From an uncultured Phycisphaerales bacterium (GTDB lineage Bacteria; Planctomycetota; Phycisphaerae; Sedimentisphaerales; Anaerobacaceae), in the NCBI GenBank assembly GCA_963718665.1, contig OY970359.1:224001-288000 (forward strand): a DNA stretch of 64,000 bases, given 5' to 3'. Shown piece by piece: positions 1 through 12,646 of the stretch. Within the stretch, counting starts at the first letter, position 1, and every line of letters starts with the position of its first letter. The notes below the pieces were generated by a model. It worked only from the letters and a program-made list of their open reading frames with translations, did not search any database and was not told the DNA's origin. Both the position numbers and the translations under genes were made by a program.

Positions 1-2883
<2,883 letters not shown>

Positions 2884-2968
2884 TCAAAAGGGTTATTTTG
2901 CAATACGCAGATAATACTTACCCATCAGGCCATGGGGGATACATTCTTTAAAAAAAGTAAGATAATTG

Positions 2969-2997
2969 TTGCTTACCGGGCGGTGGGAGCATAGAAT
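2969..2997 (+). promoter_or_regulatory. Putative sigma70-type promoter of the RRM gene
   Basis: TTGCTT-17 bp-TAGAAT about 80 bp upstream of the ATG at 3076. Confidence 0.5.
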
Positions 2998-3075
2998 ACC
3001 ACTGGTTGTGTTTTGCGTATTCAGGCGGTGTTCGCACTGTCAAAATCGGCCAAAGAGATTAAGAAAGGAAAGCAA

Positions 3076-3453
3076 ATGAACATTTATGTGGGTAACCTGG
3101 CACCTGATGTAACCGAAGACGAACTGAAACAGGCGTTCGAGGCGTTCGGTCAGGTACAAACGGCAACGGTAATAAAGGACAAGTTCAGCGGCGAGTCCAG
3201 AGGATTCGGATTTGTCGAGATGCCGGCAAAAGCCGAGGCACAGACGGCTATCACCGAAATGAACGGCAAAGACCTGAAAGGGCGAACACTGAACGTTAAT
3301 GAGGCAAGGCCGAAGACCGAGCATCGCGGCGGCGGCGGATACGGCGGCGGCGGTGGCAGACGCGGCGGCGGTGGTGGTTATGGCGGCGGTGGTGGTGGCA
3401 GACGCGGCGGCAGCGGTGGTGGTTATGGCGGCGGCGGTGGTGGCAGGTACTAA
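3076..3453 (+). CDS. RRM RNA-binding protein with Gly/Arg/Tyr-rich tail
   Basis: RNP2 (NIYVGNL) and RNP1 (RGFGFVEM), GGGGYGGGGRR repeats; ATG 3076 follows AAGGA. Confidence 0.95.
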   Translation: MNIYVGNLAPDVTEDELKQAFEAFGQVQTATVIKDKFSGESRGFGFVEMPAKAEAQTAITEMNGKDLKGRTLNVNEARPKTEHRGGGGYGGGGGRRGGGGGYGGGGGGRRGGSGGGYGGGGGGRY

Positions 3454-3540
3454 CCGTTAGCAACGAAACACAGTATTTTCAGGCAGCCGGAACTCAATAT
3501 TGAGTGTTTCTTAGCGGCGGCCATTAGTCAATAAAATATA

Positions 3541-3574
3541 AGAGCCCCTCTCAACGATGAGGGGCTCTTTTTTT
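3541..3574 (+). terminator. Intrinsic terminator
   Basis: AGAGCCCCTC/GAGGGGCTCT stem followed by a T tract. Confidence 0.85.
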
Positions 3575-3672
3575 GAACAATCAAAAAACTCGAAACGCTG
3601 TTATTCAACCTGTCGTTTTTTTATAGAAATAAACGAAGGGCATTCCCAGCACATATAGTATCCTCTACCTGT

Positions 3673-4548
3673 TTAGCGTGAAGCAGGTTCCATATGAACA
3701 AGCACATCGACAATCTGCGGGAACACATTCATTATCTCTTTTTGAATTGTATGATTTAGCAGATGCGAATCTCGCATCGTCATATCCGCGTCAATCTGGA
3801 TATGAAGGTCGAGATGCACGTCATCGAGCCGGCCGCGGGTGCGAATCTTGTGGCAGCTTTTTACGCCCTTTATTCCAAGCACAACGGCTTCAATCTTCTT
3901 CGTATCCGTCATGGCAACAGCATCGCATAATATCGCCGACTCCTGCCGTATGATAACGAACGCCGAATGGGCGATAAATCCCGCAATAATCAGCGTAATG
4001 ACAGGGTCAACAATCGGCATGCCCAGCTTCACGAAGACCAGCGCCACGATAACCGAAAACGAGGTAAATATGTCCGCCCGCGTGTGCATCGAATCGACAA
4101 CTAAAATGTCACTCTGCAATTGTTTTCCTCGCCGATATTCATAAATCATAACCGCGATATTGACCATAAGAGTAATAACCATTACCGCAAAACTGATAAA
4201 ATCGACATGGGGAACTATGGGCTTGATAATCCGGACGACGCCCGCTTTGCCGAGATTGAACGCCACGATAAGAAGCATCGCGGCTATCCCCAGGGCAAAA
4301 AGTGTCTCGTATTTCTTATGACCGTAAGGATGGTCCTCATCCTTCGGCTGCGAGCAGAAGCGAATCCCGATGAGACCGATTATATTCGAAATGCCATCGG
4401 ACAAAGAGTGAAAACCGTCGGCGGTCATACTGGTCGAGCCGCTTATATATCCAAAAATCATCTTGGCTGCCGCAACCGCCCAGTTCAAAACCAAAACAAT
4501 CCACAGGACTTTTTGAATCTCACGATAATGCTTTTTCATATCAGCCAT
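3673..4548 (-). CDS. Cation diffusion facilitator (FieF-like) metal transporter
   Basis: ADGFHSLSD, DEDHPYGHKKYE, HTRAD motifs, transmembrane helices, C-terminal VLVHMEP. Confidence 0.93.
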   Translation of the reverse strand: MADMKKHYREIQKVLWIVLVLNWAVAAAKMIFGYISGSTSMTADGFHSLSDGISNIIGLIGIRFCSQPKDEDHPYGHKKYETLFALGIAAMLLIVAFNLGKAGVVRIIKPIVPHVDFISFAVMVITLMVNIAVMIYEYRRGKQLQSDILVVDSMHTRADIFTSFSVIVALVFVKLGMPIVDPVITLIIAGFIAHSAFVIIRQESAILCDAVAMTDTKKIEAVVLGIKGVKSCHKIRTRGRLDDVHLDLHIQIDADMTMRDSHLLNHTIQKEIMNVFPQIVDVLVHMEPASR

Positions 4549-4691
4549 TATGCGATTCCTCTTGCCCCAAAAGTTGTCTCGGCGACTTGCATACTATCGA
4601 TGGAACTAATCTTTATCTTAACAAAACACCCCCCTTTCACAAGGGAGGCGTTTATCAACAACAATACGAATGTCGTATAGCTGTTCAAAAG

Positions 4692-4764
4692 CTCCCCGAC
4701 CAGGGCTCGAACCTGGAACCTAGCGGTTAACAGCCGCTCGCTCTACCGATTGAGCTATCGGGGA
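4692..4764 (-). tRNA. tRNA-Asn(GTT)
   Basis: Reverse complement folds as a cloverleaf: TCCCCGA acceptor, TAGCTCAATCGGTAGAGC D arm, CT-GTT-AA loop, GGTTCGAGCC T arm. Confidence 0.96.
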
Positions 4765-5017
4765 AACACAAATATCGCGTTAGATTATCACAGATTTGGC
4801 GGGGTTGTCAAGTGAAAGGGCCGATTTTGAAGTAGTATCCGCAAAAAATTAAAGTGTAAAACAGGTCTGCCCTCTGGACAAAAAGGTAAATTATTTGTAT
4901 ACTCTAAGTTTTTCAAGGTTTGGACGGTCGCGGCGAGAGCCGATAATAAAGAGGGTTTAAGCCACCCGGCCTATCGACAGACAAGGCAGATACGCGTATT
5001 TCAATGGTTTTAAAGAT

Positions 5018-5866
5018 ATGGCAAGAGACATACTTGACATAGGCGGGTACACTATTAAAAAACGCATCGGGGTCGGTGCGCGCACGACAATCTACCTTGC
5101 CACCGACGACTCGGACGGCAAAGAAATCGCGTTAAAACGCGTCATTCTCGAAAAGCCGGAGGACGTCCGCATCTTCGAACAAGTCGAAACTGAATTCAAA
5201 ATCGCGCGGAAAATAACCCACCCGTATATTCGCAAGTGTTACAAGCTCAAAAAAATCCGCAGCATGCTCAAGACCAAAGAGATGCTGCTTGCGATGGAAT
5301 ATTTTGACGGGCAATCGCTTGAGGAAGGGCCTGCGCTGAGCTTGCTCGACGTAATGCTCGTATTCCGAATGGTGGCGACGGGGCTTAACGCGATGCACCA
5401 GTGCGAGCTGGTTCACTGTGATATAAAGCCGAATAATATCCTGCTGAACAAAGCAGGCGCTATCAGAATCATCGACCTTGGACAGAGCTGCCGGATAGGG
5501 ACAACCAAACGGCGGATTCAGGGGACACCCGATTATATCGCCCCCGAACAGGTTCAACGCAAGCCATTAGGCCCCAAAACCGACATTTTCAACCTCGGTG
5601 CAACAATGTACTGGGCGTTGACCGGCAGAACAATCCCGACCATGATACCTAAAAAAGACCCATTCGGACTGCCCGTGCCACAGGAGCAAGTGCGCCCGCC
5701 TAATGAAATCAGGCCCCAGATACCGGCAGGCATATCCAAATTAGTGATGGATTGTGTCGAGGAAGACCCAATAAAACGGCCCACAGATATGATGGCTGTG
5801 ATATCCCGTCTGGATTTGATGATACACAGCATACTCAGCAACAAGTCAAAGACAAACTCCCAATAA
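5018..5866 (+). CDS. Hanks-type Ser/Thr protein kinase (stand-alone catalytic domain)
   Basis: IGVGA loop, IALK, VHCDIKPNN, DLG, GTPDYIAPE, TDIFNLG. Confidence 0.93.
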   Translation: MARDILDIGGYTIKKRIGVGARTTIYLATDDSDGKEIALKRVILEKPEDVRIFEQVETEFKIARKITHPYIRKCYKLKKIRSMLKTKEMLLAMEYFDGQSLEEGPALSLLDVMLVFRMVATGLNAMHQCELVHCDIKPNNILLNKAGAIRIIDLGQSCRIGTTKRRIQGTPDYIAPEQVQRKPLGPKTDIFNLGATMYWALTGRTIPTMIPKKDPFGLPVPQEQVRPPNEIRPQIPAGISKLVMDCVEEDPIKRPTDMMAVISRLDLMIHSILSNKSKTNSQ

Positions 5867-5949
5867 CCCTTGACAGAACAAAGCCGTAAAGCTATCCTTC
5901 CCTTAGGTTTAGGCAAGAATCTGCTATTTAAACAATACGGACCCGAAAG

Positions 5950-6798
5950 ATGCCCGAAAAAATCATCGAACTGTTGAATAAAGGCATGGAAGCCAACAAT
6001 GCGGACAAATTCAGACAGGGTAATCTTGTTCGTCTGCCTTCTCACGGGTCTGTAATAATCACGGGCGACCTTCACGGACATCGGAGAAATTTTGAACGGA
6101 TAGTCGCGTTAGCCAACCTGGGGCAGAATAAAAACACCCATGTAATCCTTCAGGAAATCATACACGGCGGCCCGGAGGATGAAGAGGGTGGATGCCTGTC
6201 ATACAAGCTGCTGTTCGACGCGGTTACTTACAAGGTAAATTTTCCGGACCGTGTGCACATAATAATGGGCAATCACGATACGGCGTTCATCAGCAACACC
6301 GACGTTATGAAAAACGGCAAAGAGATGAACGTGGCGATGCGTTCCGCGTTAGACAGGGAATTCCGTCACGCCAGCGAACGGGTAAAACTGGCGATAAAGC
6401 AATTTTTATTTTCCCAGCCGCTTGCGGTCAAATGCAACAACGGAATACTTGTCTGTCATTCACTTCCGGGGGACCATTATGCCGATAAGTTTGACAAACG
6501 CATTTTTGAAAGGCAGCTCAGAATCAACGATATCATCAGGCCGGGTTCGGCGTATTTGCTGACGTGGGGCAGAAGTCACAGTCAGCGTTTGCTGGATGCT
6601 ATGTCAAAGTCGCTTGACGCTGAAACTTTTATCCTCGGCCACCAGAGACAGGAAACCGGATGCAGCAAGGCGGGAAATAATCTGATTATTATCGCCTCGG
6701 ACCACGACCACGGATGCGTGCTGCCCATAGACCTCGCCAAATCATACACCGTCGAGAAACTGCTGCAACTCATTATACCATTGGCGGCGATAGCATAA
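5950..6798 (+). CDS. Calcineurin-like metallophosphoesterase
   Basis: GDLHG, GNHD, CHS and LGH motifs. Confidence 0.85.
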   Translation: MPEKIIELLNKGMEANNADKFRQGNLVRLPSHGSVIITGDLHGHRRNFERIVALANLGQNKNTHVILQEIIHGGPEDEEGGCLSYKLLFDAVTYKVNFPDRVHIIMGNHDTAFISNTDVMKNGKEMNVAMRSALDREFRHASERVKLAIKQFLFSQPLAVKCNNGILVCHSLPGDHYADKFDKRIFERQLRINDIIRPGSAYLLTWGRSHSQRLLDAMSKSLDAETFILGHQRQETGCSKAGNNLIIIASDHDHGCVLPIDLAKSYTVEKLLQLIIPLAAIA

Positions 6799-7134
6799 GT
6801 TTGTCGCCTTTGTAGCAAACCTGAAAAACACCACGTATCCCGAAACAGCCAAAAAGCATCTCCAGCGTGTGCTTAACTTGCTCAAAAATCATACATCGAC
6901 CAGATGAATGACTTTTTTTGTACGTCCAATAATAAAGACACCCTACGTTATAATATCGGACCATCAAAATTTTAATGGCGTTGAGTTAAAACGCCGGCTA
7001 TACCACATATCACCCCCCTGCCGTTCATAGCACATAACCATCTTATCTACAAGCACTTACGCGCTACGCACTTCGCTTGACGGTTAAGCCGGAGGCGTCC
7101 CGGATTAAACCGCATATAAAAACCGTTCTTTGAT

Positions 7135-7161
7135 TAAATCGGGCCTGAAAGATGCCGATGT
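7135..7161 (+). promoter_or_regulatory. Putative sigma28 (FliA)-type promoter
   Basis: TAAA(7135-7138)-15 bp-GCCGATGT(7154-7161) upstream of the receiver gene at 7274. Confidence 0.45.
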
Positions 7162-7273
7162 TACAACATCGCAACTTTTAGAAAACTGTGCACTTGCGAA
7201 AAAATATTGCAAATAATTGGACGTAAAGTTATTTTTGGCTATTACTTATCGCTAAATATTATGGTCTTAAACT

Positions 7274-7669
7274 ATGAGCGAGCAATTTACGATACTGGTT
7301 GTCGAAGATGAGACGCATATCAGGAGGGTGCTGGAATACAACCTTAAGCTGGACGGCTTTGAGGTGTGTCTGGCCGAAGATGGCGCTATGGGCCTGAAAC
7401 TTGCGCATGAGAAAAACCCGGATGTAATACTGCTTGACTGGCTTATGCCTGTAATGAACGGAATGCAAGTTCTCGCGGAACTGAAGGCCGACAGCAGCAC
7501 CGAACACATCCCGGTCTTTATGCTTACCGCCAAGGGTATGATTAGCGACGTCACACAAGCGATTGAAATGGGCGCCGACGATTACATCACAAAGCCATTT
7601 AACCCAATACAATTAGGCAAAACCATCAGGGAAAAACTTGAAAAATGCGCAAAAGCAAAAAAGAGCTGA
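7274..7669 (+). CDS. Single-domain response regulator (receiver)
   Basis: ILVVEDE, ILLDWLMP, MLTAK, ADDYITKPF; no output domain. Confidence 0.93.
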   Translation: MSEQFTILVVEDETHIRRVLEYNLKLDGFEVCLAEDGAMGLKLAHEKNPDVILLDWLMPVMNGMQVLAELKADSSTEHIPVFMLTAKGMISDVTQAIEMGADDYITKPFNPIQLGKTIREKLEKCAKAKKS

Positions 7670-7764
7670 AATCCGTTCTTTCGCCGGTTTTGCCGACGAA
7701 AAGAACCTGGCTTACGTTAATTACCTATGTTGCGGGGCAAATTTTTAATTTGGAGAGTAATGTT

Positions 7765-9943
7765 ATGAAAACGCGGGGAACCCAGCCGGCAACAAACTGG
7801 CTTCTGCTGTTATCCGTCATGATAAGTTTATCTTTGAGCGCACAAACATTGGCGACGGAGCAAAAAGAGGCAAAACAAGGAACCGATTTGACCGAGCTTT
7901 CAATAGAAGACCTGATGAATGTCGAGGTCGTGTCCACAGCGACGCTGACCAAGACCACACCTCGCCTTGTCCCTGCTGCAGTAACCACTATCACCGCCGA
8001 ACAGATTAAGGCCTCCGGCGCCCGCAGTTTGTATGAATTGCTCGATATTTATGTCCCCAACCTGCAGGTGATAAGCCATCACTGGGAATCAGACCACATG
8101 GGATTGCGAGGAATGATAGGCGACCGGGATGATAAATACCTGTTACTCGTCAATGGACGCGTTATGAATGAGCACACACACTATGGAGCACTGACCGAAC
8201 GCGACCTCGTAATGCTGCAGGACATTGATCATATCGACATCGTGCGAGGTCCGGGTTCCGCCCTTTACGGCCCCGGAGCAATATCGATGGTCATTAACAT
8301 AGTTACTTTTAACGCCAATACCTTCAAAGGCACGGAAGTTACAGGCCGGATGGGCGCTATCGAGGAGTTCTATTCAGGCGAAGTGAAACACAGTCATGCA
8401 TTCGACGACAATGACGGCGGCCTCTTCGTATATGCCGGCGGCGGCAAACAAGACGGCGCAAGTAAATATGATGCTCCAGAAGTTTTCCCATATACTTTCC
8501 CCGGCAGTTCCTATAACACCGGCGCAGGCGACCCATTTACAAAAACTCCTATATGTCGTGACGGGCAATCTGCCAACAACGAACCGCCGGCAAAACTGCA
8601 CATCGAGTTAACAAAAGGCGACTGGGATATCTGGGGACGTTACACCCGCGGCGGTCAGCAATTCCCCTGGGCTCCCGGCCTTCTTGCCCCATCACCAGTG
8701 GGGTATAACGTAACGCCTGTTACTAATAACTATTACAGTTATCAACAGATGACCGGCTTCATCGGGCATAAACAGGAACTCACAAAGGATATCGATATTG
8801 ACTACTCATTCAGCTATGACACGATTGATTTTTCGGAATACAGACAAAATTCAATGACCAATGACTATCGTGAAGATGAGTACCTCGGCAAGATATTATT
8901 GCAATGGACGCCCAACGAACAGCACAAGATTGCCTTTGGCTCCGAGCTATCCCACCGTGAACTGGGTTTACAGAATCCACTATCCGATATAGCCCCGATA
9001 AGCCAGACACTGGGTTCTATGCCGCGATGGTCAACAAATATGTATTCACTGCTGGGTGAATGGCAATGGAATATCAACAGCGAGTGGACAACATTCTTAG
9101 GGGGCAGAATGGATAAGCATACATATACCGACGCAATGTTATCGCCCCGTGCGGCGATTATTTACTCGCCGACCGAAAAAGACACTCTTAAGCTGATGTG
9201 GTCTCGCTCGGTGCGCAAACAACGAAGAAGAAATGAAACTACAAGCTATGAATGGCAACAGCACAAGCACCCCGGAAAAAGTCGATACCCTCGAATTTCG
9301 TTATGAAAGACAAGAAAATAAAAACTTCGACCTCGCCGCATCTATATTCATGCATTACAATTTCGAGCTCGTCTCGTGGGACGAAACCAATAAACAAAGT
9401 TCCGTCGTCGGGACACAGAAGGACTGGGGCGCCGAGCTTGAGGCCTCCTACCATACCGAAAAGACCAGTTTAACTCTATCGCACGGTTATACTAAACTGC
9501 TTGCATTTAGTCTTGTACCGGGCGCAAGCACTTATCAAACAGCCAAACCATACGGCTACGGCGACGACCTGGATAACTGGTCCAATAATATTACCAAACT
9601 AACGGCTCAACAAAAACTCGACGACAAATGGACTTTGAACGCATCATTCCGTATCTACTGGGGATTCCCCGGTACGAAGGATTATAATAAATATTATCCC
9701 ACTATCTACTCCGGCGGCGGCCAATTTATCGAAGATGGATGGGAAAAGGCATATCGAGGCGACTACTTCCTGAACCTCGGTCTGCAATATAAGCTGAACA
9801 ATAACCTGACCATAGGTATAACCGGTTACAACCTGCTGGGTATTTTTAATATAGACCTCAACAAACGCAATTACCTGGACAGCAACGGTGATTACCGCTG
9901 CGAGGCGCCGGCCATAGGCGTTTCTGTGGAATATAAATTTTAA
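7765..9943 (+). CDS. TonB-dependent outer-membrane receptor, frameshifted near 9211-9220
   Basis: Signal peptide, DLTELSIEDLMNVEV, plug motifs (LLLVNGR; IDIVRGPGSALYG), beta-barrel continuing in a second frame to terminal ...VSVEYKF. Restoring GC in GTGCGC(GC)AAAC joins the two frames. Confidence 0.85.
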
Positions 9944-9969
9944 CGACAGGATACCATAGGTATAAACTT

Positions 9970-10905
9970 ATGAATCGAGAAAAAACACATAACTTAAAGA
10001 GCAAGACCTCGCGGCCTGCGGCAGGAACAGGAGCCGGGCGAATAGCCGGACTATTTGTCCCCTGCCTCGTATTGCTGAGCTGTATAATGATATCCGATGT
10101 TTACCCGGAATCACAGTCGGCTCAGTATAAGGAATACGAGGTCAAAGCTGCCTTTATGTATAACTTCCTGAAGTTTGTTGACTGGCCCGAAGAAAAAACG
10201 GCAAAAACCGGCAACCAGATAACCATCGGTATCATCGGCCAGGACCCGTTTGGCGCCGCTGCCGATATCCTAAAAGACAAAAAAGTCGAAGAACGCAACG
10301 TTGTTTTAAAACGTATTAACAGCTTACAGCAGCTCAAAGACGCCGCAGAAAAAGACAAGGTGGAATTGACTGAAAAACTTAAAGCCCTGACCAAAAACCA
10401 TATCATATACAGAGACAATGACAACAAAATCGTCATAAAACCGGAGGATGAGTTTGGCGAGCTCAAAAATATAACCGACGCGGCCGCACGAGCTGCAAAA
10501 ATAGAAGAGCTTAAAAAACGGGGATATTTGCTCGCCGACCCGTCAAAGACGGAAGATATCAAGGCAGTAATCGAAACAATTGCCAATGGACAAATGGACG
10601 CTCTCAAAAAGTGCCATTTGCTGTTTATCTGCCAATCGGAGAGAAAAAACACCAGGGAGATAATTGACCTTTTAAAGAATAATGGCGTCCTGACTGTAGC
10701 CGACACGCAGGGATTTCTCGAGGATGGCGGTATCGTAAACTTCGTTATCGAAGACAACAAGGTTCGATTCGACATAAATCTGACCGCATCCGAAAAAGCC
10801 GGATTAAAAATCAGGTCTCAGCTCCTCCGTCTTGCTAAAAAAGTAATCAAAGATGGTTCTGAAGTAACGGGCCTCTCCGAAACCACACAGAAAGAGGCCA
10901 AATAA
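9970..10905 (+). CDS. YfiR-family (DUF4154-like) periplasmic protein with internal insertion
   Basis: EYEVKAAFMYNFLKFVDWP, IGIIGQDPFG, CHLLFI, GIVNFVIEDNKVRFDIN, GLKIRSQLLRLA. Confidence 0.88.
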   Translation: MNREKTHNLKSKTSRPAAGTGAGRIAGLFVPCLVLLSCIMISDVYPESQSAQYKEYEVKAAFMYNFLKFVDWPEEKTAKTGNQITIGIIGQDPFGAAADILKDKKVEERNVVLKRINSLQQLKDAAEKDKVELTEKLKALTKNHIIYRDNDNKIVIKPEDEFGELKNITDAAARAAKIEELKKRGYLLADPSKTEDIKAVIETIANGQMDALKKCHLLFICQSERKNTREIIDLLKNNGVLTVADTQGFLEDGGIVNFVIEDNKVRFDINLTASEKAGLKIRSQLLRLAKKVIKDGSEVTGLSETTQKEAK

Positions 10906-10907
10906 CC

Positions 10908-12518
10908 ATGCTGCTTATCCGGAATTTGGCCATTAAGCAAAAGCTGATTGTCATCGTTATGCTAACCTGCTTGTTGGCATTGATGGTGGTAGGCGGAGCA
11001 TTTGTGTTCTGGGAATGGCGAGGCCTGCGGAGCAACCTCGTTGAAAAGCTTTTTACCGAAGCACAAATCACCGCAGACAACTGCAAAGCCGCGTTGACAT
11101 TTGAAGACACAGCAGATGCGGAGAAAACCTTAAAAGCCCTCAAGGCCGATCCCTCAATCGTCTTCGGCTGTGTTTACAAGAAAAACGGAAATGTGTTCGT
11201 CAATTACGCAAGGACCAACACGGACAAAGAACATTTGACAATCCATGTTCAGCAGGCGGGTTATAGTTTCTCAGACAATCTATTGACCGTCTTTGAGCCA
11301 ATAGTGCTCGACAACGAGACAATAGGCACTGTATGCCTGCGTTCTGATCTAAGCCCTATGCACGCGGCGTTAAGACGCAACGCACAAAACACTGCTGCCG
11401 TTCTGTTTCTGGCTGTCATAGCCGCATATATTGTCTCAGCGCGACTGCAGCGTTTCATTTCAGGACCGATTCTCGGCCTGGCCAAACTCGCACAAAGCGT
11501 ATCAGAAAAGAAAGATTATTCCGCCAGGGCTCTCAAAAACAGCAATGACGAGGTCGGTCTGCTTATCGATTCATTCAATGAAATGCTTGAGCAAATACAG
11601 GAACGCGACTCAGAACTGGTCAAAGCCAAAGTAGAACTGGAGTTGCGAGTCCAGGAACGCACTTCCGAACTGACCACCGCCAATAAACAGCTCACCTCTG
11701 AAATAACAGAGCGAGAAAAAGCGGAACATAAACAGGTGGAACTGGTCAAGGAACTTGAGGGCGTCAACCAGGAGTTAAAAGATTTCGCCTATATCGCCAG
11801 CCACGACCTTAAAGCGCCTCTTCGAGCGATAAAGACGCTCGCGGACTGGATATCCACCGACTACGCCGACAAGCTCGACCAGGACGGCCAGGAGCAATTG
11901 AAGCTGCTCAGGCAACGAGTTGACAGGATGCACAATCTTATCGACGGCATTCTGCAATACTCCAGGGTAGGCCGTGTCCGTGAGAAACTTACCGATGTCG
12001 AGCTTAATAAGCTCCTGCCGGAAATCATAGATATGCTCGCCCCGCCGGCGAATATAAAGATTACCGTCGAATCGGACCTGCCGACGGTCAAATGCGAGGA
12101 AACACGCATTACACAGGTCTTCCAGAACCTGCTCAGCAACGCCGTGAAATATATGGACAAACCCGAAGGACATATAAAAGTGCTTTGCTCCGAAGACGGC
12201 GAATACTGGAGATTCGGCATCGCAGACAACGGCCCAGGTATCGAGAAGAAACACTGGGAACGCATCTTCAAGATATTCCAGACCCTTGCGCCGCGTGATG
12301 AATTCGAAAGCACAGGTATCGGACTTACGGTCGTGAAGAAAATAGTAGAGCTTTACGGCGGCAAAATCTGGCTCGAATCCGAGGTCGGCAAGGGAACAAC
12401 GTTCCTGTTCACCTTCCCCAAAGCCGGCGCTCCTGAGCCGCCTCCGGAAGAAGATACTGTCGAAGTCGGCGCAGAGGAGAACTCTGATGGCAGCGAAGGC
12501 CAGAACAATGAGGGCTGA
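10908..12518 (+). CDS. Membrane sensor histidine kinase (periplasmic YfiN/CHASE8-like sensor, HAMP, HisKA, HATPase)
   Basis: Two TM helices, AALTFED periplasmic motif, HAMP (DEVGLLIDSFNEML), SHDLKAPL H-box, NLLSNAVKY, DNGPGI, GIGL. Confidence 0.92.
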   Translation: MLLIRNLAIKQKLIVIVMLTCLLALMVVGGAFVFWEWRGLRSNLVEKLFTEAQITADNCKAALTFEDTADAEKTLKALKADPSIVFGCVYKKNGNVFVNYARTNTDKEHLTIHVQQAGYSFSDNLLTVFEPIVLDNETIGTVCLRSDLSPMHAALRRNAQNTAAVLFLAVIAAYIVSARLQRFISGPILGLAKLAQSVSEKKDYSARALKNSNDEVGLLIDSFNEMLEQIQERDSELVKAKVELELRVQERTSELTTANKQLTSEITEREKAEHKQVELVKELEGVNQELKDFAYIASHDLKAPLRAIKTLADWISTDYADKLDQDGQEQLKLLRQRVDRMHNLIDGILQYSRVGRVREKLTDVELNKLLPEIIDMLAPPANIKITVESDLPTVKCEETRITQVFQNLLSNAVKYMDKPEGHIKVLCSEDGEYWRFGIADNGPGIEKKHWERIFKIFQTLAPRDEFESTGIGLTVVKKIVELYGGKIWLESEVGKGTTFLFTFPKAGAPEPPPEEDTVEVGAEENSDGSEGQNNEG

Positions 12519-12520
12519 AA

Positions 12521-12646
12521 ATGAAAAACTACAAACCAACATTGTTAGTTGAAGATGACAGCGTAGATGCAATGAAGGCACATTATCTGATAATCATGCG
12601 AGCTTCGGCACAAAATGGAGGAAAGGCAATATGTTGGATACCGTAG
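12521..12646 (+). pseudogene. Truncated receiver-domain gene remnant
   Basis: MKNYKPTLLVEDDSVDAM matches the starts of the downstream receivers (MQPLKPVLLVEDDNVDAM, MRDCKPILLLEDDTVDAM) for 18 codons, then diverges and stops at codon 42. Confidence 0.75.

Noticed and set aside
3325..3450. GGC/GGT-rich tandem repeats
   Set aside because: Fully explained by the Gly-rich tail of the RRM protein.
4913..4946. GCCGATAA upstream of the Ser/Thr kinase as a sigma28 promoter
   Set aside because: Perfect -10 box but no TAAA-like element at 15 bp spacing (TCAAG is 21 bp away).
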